A stretch of 64,000 nucleotides of DNA from Octopus sinensis (lineage: Eukaryota), in contig NC_042997.1 in assembly GCF_006345805.1 (NCBI RefSeq), positions 130,696,001-130,760,000 of the forward strand, in the 5' to 3' direction. The notes beneath the pieces were generated by a model. That model saw nothing but the letters and a program-made list of their open reading frames with translations, ran no database searches and had not been told where the DNA came from. The position numbers and the translations under genes are program-made. How positions within the stretch are numbered: the first letter of the stretch is position 1; the number at the start of each line of letters is the position of its first letter. Shown here piece by piece: positions 39,800-52,745 of the stretch.

Positions 39800-42250
39800 A
39801 AATGAAGGTTTCTGTAGGAACATTAAGTCATATTCACTTAGTGAGTTTACATGCACAAGGATGAATGATGTAGTTGTTGATGTTAGATGCAGTAAAAGTT
39901 GATAGCGGCAATATCAGCAGTGAGGAATTTCATTGTGCCATGATATGGAGAAAGCAAGCAAATAGCTTCCTGGTGCAAATGCAAGGTAGACTCCCTAAGC
40001 GGAGAAAATCTGATCTATTTAAGGAAATTGCTGGGCTCCATTGCGATAGGTAGAAACTCCAAGCAATGTAAAATATGGCCTGGACCGTGATTACCAGTAT
40101 GAATGTCAAACTTCAAAAAGTCTTAGTAATGGTTTTAGTAAATTTATACAGAAATAAATGTCCAGCATAAATAAAAGTCAACTTCGTTATGTATTTTCTA
40201 TAAAAACCTATTCTGACATTAAATGAGTCAACTTCCTGTACAAATGTTTACATTTGTACATCATTTTTCAACAAAAAAAATTTCTTAAAAAATTCTGGAA
40301 ACTATCTACTCATGTAATTTACACACCCACTAAATTACATGGGTTTTTATGGTATATCATACATATCAAGGATGACATCTGCATAAAGAAGTGGTATGCA
40401 CTCAAAATGAATGGAAACTGCAGAAGGAGACTTCTTGAGGTGCGGAAGCTGTGTGATTGTATTGAATTTTTGTGGACCAAGTTTAGCTAGCTCTTTTCAC
40501 AAGGCTTTGAATCAAATACCTTGGTGATACCAAAGAAAGCCATGTACAGCAGTAAGTAATATTGTGCATGGTATTTTTCCTGCAACTGATGACATAAGAA
40601 AATTGAAAGTATTATTGAGGTTTGGTTGAGTAAGTCTTCAATAGAGATATGAGTGAAAATATTGGGTTGTCCGGAAAGTTTGTGCCGATTTTTAAAGGAA
40701 AGGAAAAGGTCAATAAATACTTGCCATTACATTTTTAATCAACCAAATATGAACCATTTTGTTGCACAATGCGTCTCCATCTTTCCTTTAACTTGAAAAT
40801 ACCCTCTTCCCAGAATTGAGGTGATTTCATGACAAAGAATTCATCAAGGTATCTTTTTACGTCATCCAAGCAATTTTTACCATTAAGACTATTCTGCAGA
40901 GACCTGAATAAGTGGAAATCCAAAGGAGCAATATCTGGTGAATATGGAGAGTGGGGTAACACATCCCAGCCAAGCTGCAGCAATTTTTGTCCTGTTCCCA
41001 AAGTATTAAGTACCGAAAATGAACTGTCTTATCTTCCATTTTAAAGGGTTACAGAATTAACACAGGAACATAAATCTTCTTCCACGAAAAGATAGCTTAA
41101 ACTGTGCTCTAAATGGAGGTGTAGTCAAATCTTATTTTATGAACTCAACCATGTTCTAAAATAAGTCGAAAGGTAAGCTACTATAAAACGGCACGCACTT
41201 TCTGGACAACCCAATATTTCCAGCAATTGATAAACGCAAGATTCCTCATTAGTTGTCACAATCCAGTTTATCTCCTACCTTGAAAAAAATAATGGTTGCA
41301 TCTCTGAGGTCAACTGGTATCGAAAACGATGTCCAGATTAGAAGGAATAGTACAAGAAGCCTTGTTATAAATGTTTCATTTTCAAGTTTATTTATCCCAG
41401 CAGGATCCAATTGGATCCAGCTGCCTTTTTGTTTTTTTTTGCTTTAGGGAACAGATTAATTTTTTGATTTCTGTAATGTCAGGCAGTGCAGCTATTCCCC
41501 ATTGGTTTTTATGCAATGTTGTCCTAGGATTTTTCATTGGCCATATTGTCACAATGAAGCAAGTTTTCAAAATATTTTTCATCTCTGATTGCTATTTTTT
41601 GTTTGATAGTTCTTGATTGTGAATCTGTTATACAGGGGTTATAGATCTAATCATGCTGAAGAAACCTCTTGTGGTATCCATGTCAACCAGTTTCTCCAAT
41701 TTTAGGTGCTTAGTCTTTATTGCACGTGCTTATTTCTGAACTGCAGCCATTGCTTGTTAGCAACTTTTCCATTTGTGTTCATTATTCTTGCCTTTTTGAC
41801 AGGCATGGAAAGTCACTCTGTTTCTATTGAACAGCTATGTGATTTGGGTGATGCTCTCAATAAACCAGCTTTTGAGTTTTCTGGCTATAAAACCAAAGAA
41901 CTCTTAATAAGCTGCAGACATAACTCCCTTTAGAATGCACCATGTATTTTCAGTGGTGTTACTGACGGGTGACAGTTATCATTTAAACAGTAAATACTGC
42001 TGAAGTTACTTTGCATTTGCTGGGTCTAAGAGAAACTCAGTGTTGACATCGTTTCTGTTGTTGAAGTTGCTTAGAAATGAGTTGAATTGCCACTTTGATC
42101 ATATTTAATGGTGGTCAGTCCAGCAATAACTGGCTCTTGTTGTGATGCATGTTAGGTGTGCAGTGCTGTGAATGCAGCTCTGTACAATGACACACTCACT
42201 TATGTGCTGGTGCTTTGATCTTAGATACTGCACAAACCTTTTTACCAATT
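39800..42250 (-). mobile_element. Degraded RTE-clade LINE (endonuclease C-terminus + RT), split by the mariner at 40662-41214
   Basis: Frameshifted LIDYVI, CWTDH, LPDITEIKK.I.SLK.KKAAG, DATII...GDKLDCDN.RGI, KAF-like and LTADIA (FADD-like) motifs. Confidence 0.7.
40662..41214 (-). mobile_element. Internally deleted mariner (553 bp) inserted into an RTE LINE
   Basis: TIRs TTGGGTTGTCCGGAAAGTTTGTGCCGATTTT, TA flanks. N-terminal MEDKTVHFRYLIL is joined directly to C-terminal WDVLPHSPYSPDIAPLDFHLFRSLQN. Confidence 0.93.
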
Positions 42251-43279
42251 TATTTGTTAGAATGGTATGTTGGTGATTGTTTACTAATGGAGGGCAGTGA
42301 GCTGGTAGAATTGTTAGCACATTGAGTGAAATGCGTAGCCGTATTTTGTCTGCCATTACGTTCTGAGTTCAAATTCCACCAAGGTTGGCTTTGCCTTTCA
42401 TCTTTTCGGGGTCGATAAATTAAGTAACAGTTATGCACTGGGGTTAATGTAATCGACTTAATCCATTTGTCTGTCCTTGTTTGTCCCCTCTATGTTTAGC
42501 CCCTTGTGGGTAATAAAGAAACAGGTTGTTTACTAAAGTGTGTTCCTCATATTTAGTTCGGAGCAGAATGCCAGTTGAGTTAGCCCTTCCCAAACCCTTC
42601 TTTCCTGTAATGCCATTAAATAGTTCAAATCTTAGCCAACTCTGGTGAGTAGTTATCACATACTTGGATTGAAACATAAGTGTCTTTCAGCAACAGCATC
42701 TGAGAAGTCCTTTCTAGAATTAGCTCTGCTTACCCTGTACTGGATGAGAAAAGTTGCCTCAAACATAGCCTCACTCAGCTTCATTGACTAGGTCTCCATC
42801 TCTAGTGGGGTCATCTATTTTTGTTTCTGATTTTTTTGAAGATGAAAGAAATAATACATAATCAAAATATATTTTGAAATGCTTGGACTCTTATTAAAAA
42901 GCCAAATAGCCTCCATACAGCACTTACCTCTAGGGATTTCTAGTCTTTACTGAGATGAGACTACCTGAGGGACAGCTGAAAAAACATGGTGGTTGATAAA
43001 CCCCCTTTTGGAAAGGCAAGCTATAAGAAGAGCAACATTTACATGAAGCAGGCTTTGTAGTCCATAATGATCACGTTGACTGCCTATGTAAACTGCCTAC
43101 TGGCATTGCTGAAAGACTAAGGATTCTTCATTTAAAACTTGCTGGCTCTAACAAGTATATCAGATATGTAGTATAGTTTTATGTTATTGTATCAGACATA
43201 GAGAGTGACTTGGTACATGTATATTAAGCATTCAGTGTGATTTAGTAGAAATGTATCTAAATGATAAGATTTTTCTTAC

Positions 43280-43445
43280 CTGCATTTATGAGAATAAGAA
43301 TCGTGAAGATAATATCAGCATAGTGCAATTCAGTAACTGCTTTGACGAGTTGATAGATAGTCAAACAGATTGCAATGATAATGTTTATAAGAGACATTGA
43401 TAAGAAGAGCCATTCTATTGATGTCAATCCAGAAAAGGTTCGAAA
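43280..43445 (-). CDS. Coding exon 2 (FRTFSGLTSIEWLFLS...ILILINA-G), TM1 and start of TM2
   Basis: Acceptor ctttcttctttcag, donor CAG|GTAAGA, 166 nt, phase 0 to 1, hydrophobic open frame. Confidence 0.9.
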
Positions 43446-43505
43446 CTGAAAGAAGAAAGACAAAGAAATTGTAAGGAGCCTTTTATTTCATCAGTATTTT
43501 ATATA

Positions 43506-43899
43506 TCTATACATATAAAGCTGAAGTTGTCTGTGTGTGTGCGGCAGGTTTGGTAGCCTTCAACTAACACTATCTCCTCCGAGACCCTGCAGCGCAAGTT
43601 GACCAAAATTAATAGTATGAGAGAAGAAGGCTTGCTCTTCCTTCTGTAGAAGAAAAAATTCAAATCTACCATGTTAACACCAAAAATTATTTACATCAAA
43701 AAGGTGCTTTTTTTCTATGAAAATCCCTATTTTTTATGATTTTTTGACTGCTGTATCACCATTTTTCGGTGAATTTCAACCAGAAAAATGTTCATTTAAA
43801 GAGAATAACAAGGTACATAATGCAAAATTTTTACTTTTCAAAAATTCCAATTCTAAAGGGTCAAAACAAACCCGAGCAACGCCGGGCCGATACTGCTAG
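43506..43899 (+). mobile_element. Non-autonomous Helitron, second copy
   Basis: A|TC start, CCCGAGCAACGCCGGG hairpin, CTAG|T end. Confidence 0.88.
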
Positions 43900-45585
43900 T
43901 ACAATGATAAAAGAGTTTTCATGCTAGTAATAGAATGATTAGTCTTCATTTCAATGATGTTCAAAAGAAAGCCATCTCACCAGTTTTGACAAATACTCAC
44001 ACATAAATGCACACACACATATGTATACATAAACAAACACAGAAACATACACAACATGCAGGGCCAGATTAAGACCCATAGAGGCCTTAAACACTTAAAA
44101 AATTTTGGTGCCACCATATGTGTGTGTGTGTGTGTGTGTGTGTGTCTGTGTGTCTGTGTGTCTGTGTGTAATTTTAAACACAAACAATACTAAACAAAAT
44201 AAACAAAGCTAACTATAATATATGAAAAATAATGTTTATTTTTGTATACTTCCATTTAAATTACATTTGAAAAGATTTCTATTATCTTAATACCTATTTC
44301 TTTACTACCCACAAGGGGCTAAACACAGATAGGACAAACAAGGACAGACAAACGGATTAAGTCGATTATATCGACCCCAGTGCGTAACTGGTCCTTAATT
44401 TATCGACCCCGAAAGGATGAAAGGCAAAGTCGACCTCTGCGGAATTTGAACTCAGAACGTAGCGGCAGACGAAATACCGCTAAGTATTTTACCCGACGTG
44501 CTAACGTTTCTTCCAGCTCGCCACCTTAATAGCAAAGTATTTGATCAGATCTTTAAAATTAATTGTACATAACACTTCTGCTTCTATACTTGTTGCATAA
44601 TTGTTCTCTCCAAGCTATCAATCATTGAGATTTGACATGTTAAGTACCATCTTAATCTCTTAAAATTGAAAATATGCCTTGGACAATGATGGGATTCCAT
44701 GGTTGGACAGTTTTTGATCATAGGCCTGTTTGATCAAGGCAATCCTGAGGATGAACAGCAACAACCACTACAAACAGCAGTTCACAGGCCATGAAGCTTT
44801 TCAGCTGTTATTTTATTCTCTTCTTGCCCACAAAACATAGTGTTTCTTTTTTTCTTTTTGTTTCTATCTTTGTGAAAAGAAGAACAAGGACAAAAACTTG
44901 TTTCAATAGACATTTTTTCAGTCAACTCCATATGATGAAAATAAATTGTTTGGGGGAAAAACAATAGCACTTCTTTTATTTTGGCACATCAGCTGAGTTC
45001 ATTTTCTCTTTTGTGCAGCATGTAATATAAGACAGTTGCTGATTACACATGCACACACACACACACATGCATATATATGCATTTACACCTCCTCTTTGCA
45101 CACATATTCATATTTTCATAAAAACTCACACACAAACATGCATACATATACATAGAAATAAACAAATGCAAAAACATACACTATATGTATGCCATTCTTT
45201 CTTGTTAAGTTAGTCAAGAATAGGAAACTTATAAAAAAAAAGTTAGGAAACAAGAAATTATGGTGGAGTGGGGTGGGAAGAGAGGTTATTAAGAGTGAGG
45301 AAGGAAACCCAAACTCTTGGAAAATGCATGCAAATGAAGAAATGTAAGAAATAATAGTTTTGTTAACTTCAAGAATTTTCTCCAGTATAGATGGTCAATA
45401 AATTTGTTGGTTTATTTGTTTCACACACTTCAGGACAACATAGATAAACACATATATTACCATACAAACATGTGTGTACATTTGTGCATGTGTATGTATA
45501 TTTATATATATATATATATACATACATACATATATATATGTATATATATTGTGTGTGTGTGTGTGTGTGTATATGTACATATACA

Positions 45586-45621
<36 letters not shown>

Positions 45622-46315
45622 CATATATAACTATTATTATTATTATATATTATCATAGTTGCTTTATCTCTGTAACTTACTAAGCTTTCTGGTTTGTTTA
45701 TAAATATTATACGTAGTATTGGACAGTTAAAGTATATATTCATAAAATTTGGCTGAAATTGATGGGTAAGCATTTGGCCCAATCAGATGTACAAGGAACC
45801 ATGTAATTGTTGATATGTGGGTTCGATTCTGGCTTGGATTAGCTCATCATTTTTTAAATCAATTCATCATCATCATCATCGTTTAACGTCTGTTTTCCAT
45901 GTTGGCATGGATTAGACAGTTTGACTGGGGTCTGGGAAGCCAGGAGACTGCACCAGGCCCCAATCTGATCTGTTTGTTGTCTACACCACCTGTCTTCATC
46001 TTTTGTCTTTTTGTGAATTCTCCCCAATATGATCTGGCAGTGTTTCTACAGCTGGATGCTCTCCATAACACCAACCACTCTGAGAGTGTAGTGGGTGCTT
46101 TTTATGAGCCACTGGTACAGGGACCAGAGGAGCTGGCATCGGCCACGATCGGATAGTGCTGTTTACGTGCCACTGGCATGGAATTATTTATATGTAAACG
46201 TTACTTTAAATTAGGGTTATATTTATATATATAATATATGATATAATATTATTATTATCATATATTATTATATAGTTATTATTCTTTTGCTTCTCTCCTT
46301 GTTTTTTCTGTGTCC

Positions 46316-46351
46316 CTTTCTGTAGAAGAGCGTAGACTCGAAACGTAAAAG
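46316..46351 (+). ncRNA. Degenerate minimal hammerhead-like motif
   Basis: CTTT-CTGTAGA-A-GAGC-gtag-ACTC-GAAAC-GTA-AAAG. Stem I, GAAA and palindromic ACGT stem III are present, but core A6 is U and stem II has one mismatch. Confidence 0.4.
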
Positions 46352-46737
46352 ATTTTTTCTATTCCTGAGTGTTATACTAATACATCTGTTTATTTTGTAC
46401 ACCACCTGTCTTCGTCTTTTGTTTTTTTCGAAAATTCTCCCTATATATTTATATATATATATATATATTATATATATATATATATATATCTAAAATGCGA
46501 TCACATGATTGATCAGACTATCAGATGTTGTTATACATTGCTGGTCATAATGTACTTTGCATCATTTTAGCTTTTGGATGATGCCACCCAGCTGGTTAAG
46601 TGAGCAGGTCAACATTGCCTTTCACTGGAAGGCAAGTCATTGCAGGGTTACCCATTTACAGCTGAGTGGACTGGAACAATGTGAAAGAAGTGTTTTGTTC
46701 AAGAACACAATGTGCAACCAATCTGGGAATTGAAACC

Positions 46738-49700
46738 TGTTATAATACGGATCCTCATCCACTTGTATGATATTGTCAGCACTATAATATTATTGCTCCC
46801 ACTATTATGTTGTGGCAGTATTCCATATCTTATTATCTTTGACTTGTCTATCATGCTATCACTGATAGCTCTGAAGACAATGACTCTGAAATGTCTACCT
46901 TGTTGGTAACTCGACCTCGTATATATTTCTTTACTACCCACAAGGGGCTAAACACAGAGAGGACAAACAAGGACAGACAAACGGATTAAGTCGATTATAT
47001 CGACCCCAGTGCGTAACTGGTACTTAATTTATCGACCCCGAAAGGATGAAAGGCAAAGTCGACCTCGGCGGAATTTGAACCCAGAATGTAACAGCAGACG
47101 AAATACGGCTATGTATTTCGCCCAGCGTACTAATGTTTCTGCCAGCTCGCCGCCCTCTCGACCTCGTATATATCACATAACTGACACTGACTCCAGCTGA
47201 GAACTTGTACAATGACTCTACTACTATTGACTTCCTACAATGACTGACTGTCTGACTTTAACATGCTACTTAGTTCCACAAATGTCTTCTGGCATTTTTC
47301 TGACCAAAACTATTTTGCATCCTTTTTTCACAGTTCGTTTAGTGGAGCCCTTGTGTGGCATATGTTTGGGATATATACTTGATAGTAATTTACCAAGCCT
47401 AAAAATGCTCATATCAATTTAAGGTTCATTGGGGGAGGCATATTCCATATAGCCATCGCCCTTGATGGGTCTGGCCTTCATCCCCTTTCATCAATTACTT
47501 GACTTAAATATTTGATTTTTTTACTCAAAAATTCACACTTTTCCCCTGTTAGTTTAAACCTGTATTCATTTATTTTTCTGAATACATTTTTAATATGATT
47601 GAAGTGTTGCTCAGTTGACTCACTCTTTATCAAAATATCATTAAGATAAGCGATAGCAAAGTCACAATCATTTAACATTGTGTCCATCACTTGGGAGCTG
47701 CTACTTTTATTCTAAAAGGAAGCTACTTGAATTTATACAATCTATGGTGTGTGTTGATTGTTAAAAGGTGTGCACAATCTTCAACCTGTATCTGCAGATA
47801 GTCCTCCGTGGGGTCTATCTTTGAGAAACTTTTTTCCTCCATTTAGTTTTGAGAACACTTCTGGGCTTGGTAATGGATAGTTGTGTTTGACTAAACAGAC
47901 ATTTAAACCAGTTGAAAAGTATGCACCCACTCTTAGTTTATTATTTTTTTTTTACATAAATCGTCAGTGCTGCCCAGTCTAAATGGTTGACTTTTTCAAT
48001 TATAGTTAGACAATCTAGTCTTTCTAGCTCTATATAGACCTGGTCCAACGCAGCAAACGGCATGTTCCATTTGGGCCTAAAAACAGGTGTTACCTTTTCT
48101 TTTACTGTGATCCTCACTTTTGTTTTAGTGCAACAACCTAATCCTTCCAAAAAACAGTTTTATAATTTTTTTTGTCTCAGTTGTTTGACTTCATTCAAAC
48201 TTTTGTCCAGGTTGACTACATTTTCACAGAGAACACTAATGGAGGTAACCCACATTTTAAATAATTCCATGCATACTGTGTCAAATAGGTTTAGTAATTT
48301 TTTCAACACATAAATGATTGTCATTTTTGTTTCACCTCAAAAAGTTACATTGCAAACACATTCACTGACGAAATATAATTTCTTTCCTGTAAAATCAGAT
48401 GCTACTTTATATGATTTAAATAATTTCAGCTTACTGATTTGTCACCAAGTTTCATTATTTATGATAGTGATGTCACTACCCATGTCTAATTGCATTTTGA
48501 CACTAGTGATTATGATTTTCACATTGAGAAATTTTCAGTTCATTGTACAAACGTTTTTCTCTGATGACAAACTATTTTTTCTCATTTGGTCCAATTTTTG
48601 TCATCTTAGTTCTGCAGTGCAATTTAAGGTGTCCTGAGTTCCCACAATAAAAACACTTTACTTTTATAAATGGACACTCTTTTCTCATGTGCCTATCATT
48701 GCATACCATACATGGGTTTATCTCCTCTTGTATATTGTGTTTTTCATGAAACTCTTTATCCATCTTCAAACACTTCCACTTTGGTTTTATCTGTAAATAA
48801 TCTCTGCATTGGATTTCTTCTGTGTTGTGCCTTACTTTTACATAATGCATGCTTCCGACAGTTTCTGGAGAGTTATATCCTGGTTCATTTCCAGCTTTGC
48901 GAGAATTTTCATTCTGACTTCTGTGTCCTTTTTAGAAGTAAGTCCCTGAGCAAAAAACAGGCACTTGAATCAGTCTGGTGTTAGTTTATCCAGTTTAAAT
49001 CTCTCGCACTCTCTGTTCACTCAACCCACATATGTGGTAAAGTCTTTGTCATCGCTTTTCTCCATGTTCAAATATTTCCAACATGTGTTGAATAATGACA
49101 TTTTTTCACTGAAATGTCAATAAAATGTCAATTGTATCCATGAAATTTATGTCAGAAACGTTTTTAGGCAATATAAAGTTACAGTATTTCTTATGCTCAG
49201 TCATCACCAGTTTCTTTAGAATTAGACTGGTTTTCATTTCCTTAATCCAGTGTTAGCATTCTTTTTCGAAAATTTGTTCAAATCTTTGGTAATATGCCTC
49301 AGAAGTGACTCCTTCTTCTGAGTCATATTTAAATTCATTTATTGAATTTGCTACATGGTCTGGCAAAATGTATTTTCTGGTTTTGTTACCAACTTCATTA
49401 GTTTTAGCATTTGTTGCTGTAACATTTGTTGTTGTTGTTGTTGTTTTCACAACTCAACTAGACCCCCTAACAAGTTTTCCATAATTTAACGGATTTTTCA
49501 TAAAATATGTACAACAAAAATGTTTGTTACTCCTCTGTCAAGATTTTAATTTCTCCACGTGAAAAATCTTTTGACGTCGTCCACGTGAATTGTTTATTTT
49601 CTCTGGAAAAAAAAATTTTCTTCAATGTTGTCTGCGTGAATTGTTTATATCCTCATAGCCACTGTTATAATGTGGGTCCCTGTCCACTTGTATGTTACTG

Positions 49701-49998
49701 ACAGCACTGTAATATTCTTGTTACCACTATCATGTTGTGGCGGTATTCCACATCTTATTATCTTTGACTCGTATATCGTACCATTGCCAATAGCTCTGCA
49801 AGACAATGACTTTGAAATGTGTGCCTTGATGGTAACTCAAACTTGTATACATCACATAGCTGACCTTGACCCCAACTGAGAACTTATACAATGACTCTAC
49901 TACTACTGACTTCTACAATGACTGACTGTCTGACTTTATAGTGGCTGGGTTATACCACTTTGTCACATAGGAAGGGGAGTACCATTTTCACTACAACA
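46738..49998 (-). mobile_element. Internally deleted Ty3/gypsy LTR retrotransposon with both LTRs
   Basis: TG...CA LTRs (49663-49998; degraded 46738-~47280), 5-bp TSD AAACC, PBS-like TGGCTATGAGG. Gag CCHC knuckle (CFYCGNSGHLKLHC), protease QLDMGSDITI, RT (TPVFRPK, AIAYLNDILI, KCEFL). No RNase H or integrase seen. Confidence 0.92.
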
Positions 49999-50216
49999 AA
50001 ACCACAATCTCAAAATCGTTAGTGCAACACACCTAACTGCTAGGCTACACTCCTTCACATATATATATAAACATACACACACACACATAGTTGAGTAGGA
50101 AAATAAACAATAGTATCATTCAATACACTTAGTTAAAGCTGTATGTTTTTAATAACAGGCTGACTCAGCTCCATGTTATTTAGTTTTCTAGATGCAGAAT
50201 ACATCCAAATCCTCAG

Positions 50217-50869
50217 ATTTCACTAATTACAATAATAACCTTATTCAACAGAAAATTGTATAGTGAGATGGGGGAGTGACACTTAATTCATAAATTTTTT
50301 TTGTGGCAATTGTTGTGGAAACAGCATTAAAAACATTTTAAAAATTATATTTCATTCATTTAGGGAGAGATCATTTTGAGTTCCATTGGTCAGTTCAGGT
50401 CATGTGGCTATGCTCACATTCCTCTCACTGCATTTCATAAATGTTTTGAGGCACAGTCAAATGGTTAAGAAGTTTGCTTTTTAAATACAAGGCTTTGGGT
50501 TTAATCTCAAGTTGACCAAAGCATTGATGAGTGAAATTTGGAAACTGTGAGGCAATTTATCAAAAGGACTGTTCACATTCATAAACTGTGAACATAATTT
50601 TTCACATAGTTTACACTACCTCATGGTCATTGAGTGCCTTTTATGGAGTTTGATCTATTGTATGCATTTGAACCAGATCTCAGAGGCACAGAAAAGAGCC
50701 AGGAATATGCCTCTATCCTCTCCCTAAATGAATGAAATATAATTTTTTAAATGTTTTTAATGCTGTTTCCACAGCAATTGCCACAAAAAAAATTATGTAT
50801 TAAGAGTCACTTCCCCATCTCACTATACAATTTTCTATTGAATAAGGTTATTATTGTAATTAGTGAAAT
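50217..50869. repeat. Fold-back element with ~150-bp TIRs
   Basis: 50217-50369 vs 50718-50869 inverted; a degraded SINE head lies inside. Confidence 0.88.
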
Positions 50870-51276
50870 TTCTTCCAGCTTTACATTTTGAGTTGGAATT
50901 TTGCCAAGGTTGACTTAGCCAGCCATCTTTTTGAGGTTGATAAAATAAGTATTGGTTGAGTACTGTGGTCAAATAATTGACTTCCCCTTCTCCTCAAAAT
51001 TGCTGGCCTTATGCCAAAATAAGAAAGGATCATCGCCATCATTATTGGAGTAGTGAGCTGGTAGAATCATTCCCATTTCGGACCAAATGCTTTGCAAGAT
51101 TTCTTCCAGCTCTTTACTTTTAGTGTTGAAGTCTGCCAGGGTTGATTTTGCTTTTTATCCTTTTGGGGGTTGATAAAATAAGATACAAGTTGAGCAGGAG
51201 AGTCAATGTAATTAACTTCCCCACTCATACTAAAATTGCTGGCTTTGTGCCAAGATTTGGCACCATCATCATCCGC

Positions 51277-51780
51277 AGAGGCAAAGTGGCTGAGTTCCTT
51301 TCAAGCATTGGGCCTCATGGAGTGGATGAGTTCCTTTTGAGCATTGGGCCTCACGGAGGCAAAGTGACTAAGTTCCTTTCGAGTCTTGGGCCTCACAGAG
51401 GTAAAGTGACTGAGTTCTTTTCGATCATTGGGCCTCATGGAGTCAAAGTGACTGAGTTCCTTTCGAGTGTTGAGCCTCACAGAGGCAATGACCGAGAGCT
51501 TTGGTAATATGTCATGCTTAAGAAGAAGACCCATCAAGCCGAGCAAAATTATTGTCATGGCAGATACCAGTCTCATGCAAATGGCACCTGTGCCAGTAAC
51601 ATGTAAAAGCACTCATCACACTCTCGGAGTGGTTGGCATTAGGAAGGGTAATCCAGCTGTAGAAAGCATGCCAAATCAGACTGGAGTTTGATGCAACCTT
51701 CTAGCTTACCAACCCTGGTCAAACCATCCAGCTCATGCCAGCATGGACAACAGACATTAAATGATGATGATGATGATGAA
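51277..51780 (+). mobile_element. SINE family C (RTE-like tail ending in (GAT)n) with a 42-bp tandemly amplified head
   Basis: Tail GGAGTGGTTGGCATTAGGAAGGG...GCATGGA...TTAAA(TGA)n. Other copies at 4690-5010, 9125-9450(-), 12870-13100, 30165-30435, 32885-33400(-), 45865-46180(-), 52040-52340. Confidence 0.85.
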
Positions 51781-52710
51781 AAATGTATGGTGGCAAGCTG
51801 GCAAAACCATTAGCACACCAGGCAAAATGCTTAGTGACATTCCATCCATCTACATGTTCTAAGTTCAAATTCCACTGAGGTCGACTTTGCCTTTCATCCT
51901 TTGAGGGTCAATGAAATAAGTACCTGTAACACACTGGTGTCAATTTAATCAAATAGCCCCCTCTCCCACAACTTCAGGCCTTGTGCCTATAGTAGAAAGG
52001 ATTATTATTATTATGAAAAGTATTTTTTGATAGGATCAGAGGGCACCATTCATGCGTGATCGTTACCAGTGTCGCCTTACTGGCACCTGTGGCGGTGTAA
52101 AAAGATTCGAGCAGGGTCATTGCCAGTACCGTCTGACTGGCCTCTGTGCAGGTGGTACATAAAAAGCACCCATTACACTCTCGGAGTGGTTGGTGTTAGG
52201 AAGGGCATCCAGCTGTAGAAACTCTGCCAGATCAAGATTGGAGCCTGGTGCAGCCATCTAGTTTGCCAGCCCTCAGTCAAAATCGTCCAACCCATGCTAG
52301 CATGGAAAGCGGAGTTAAACGATGATGATGATGATGATGATCAAGCAAGTTTCAACTGTACCATCTGGTTTTCATCTCAGTGTTCCTGAAGTGTCTGCAG
52401 GATTGTATTCTTATGTTTGTGATGATTGAGGAAATATAAACTCTTTCTGTTGGTGTACTGCATCAGTTTGTTTTTTTATGAGATTTAGTTGCTTTTTTTT
52501 CTTGTTATGTTAGTGTATGTCCTGTTGTGTGTGGTGAGTGTAATGTGAGTTATATTAATTCATGGAGCCATAAAAAAATTAAATAAAATGAAATAAATTT
52601 GCCCATCTTTTACACAAAGACAAAACATCATGCATATGATAACACTTCCAATCAGTTAAGATCAGAAGCCATGAGAGCCAGTGCTTGGTACTGCATCAGA
52701 GCATTTATTA

Positions 52711-52745
<35 letters not shown>

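Noticed and set aside
42731-42820. Donor-like CAGG|GTAAGC on the minus strand as an extra exon
   Set aside because: No good acceptor, and exons 2 and 3 already join in phase with continuous hydrophobic sequence.
51277-51490. CRISPR-like appearance of regularly spaced repeats
   Set aside because: The units are contiguous with no unique spacers, the context is eukaryotic, and there are no cas genes.
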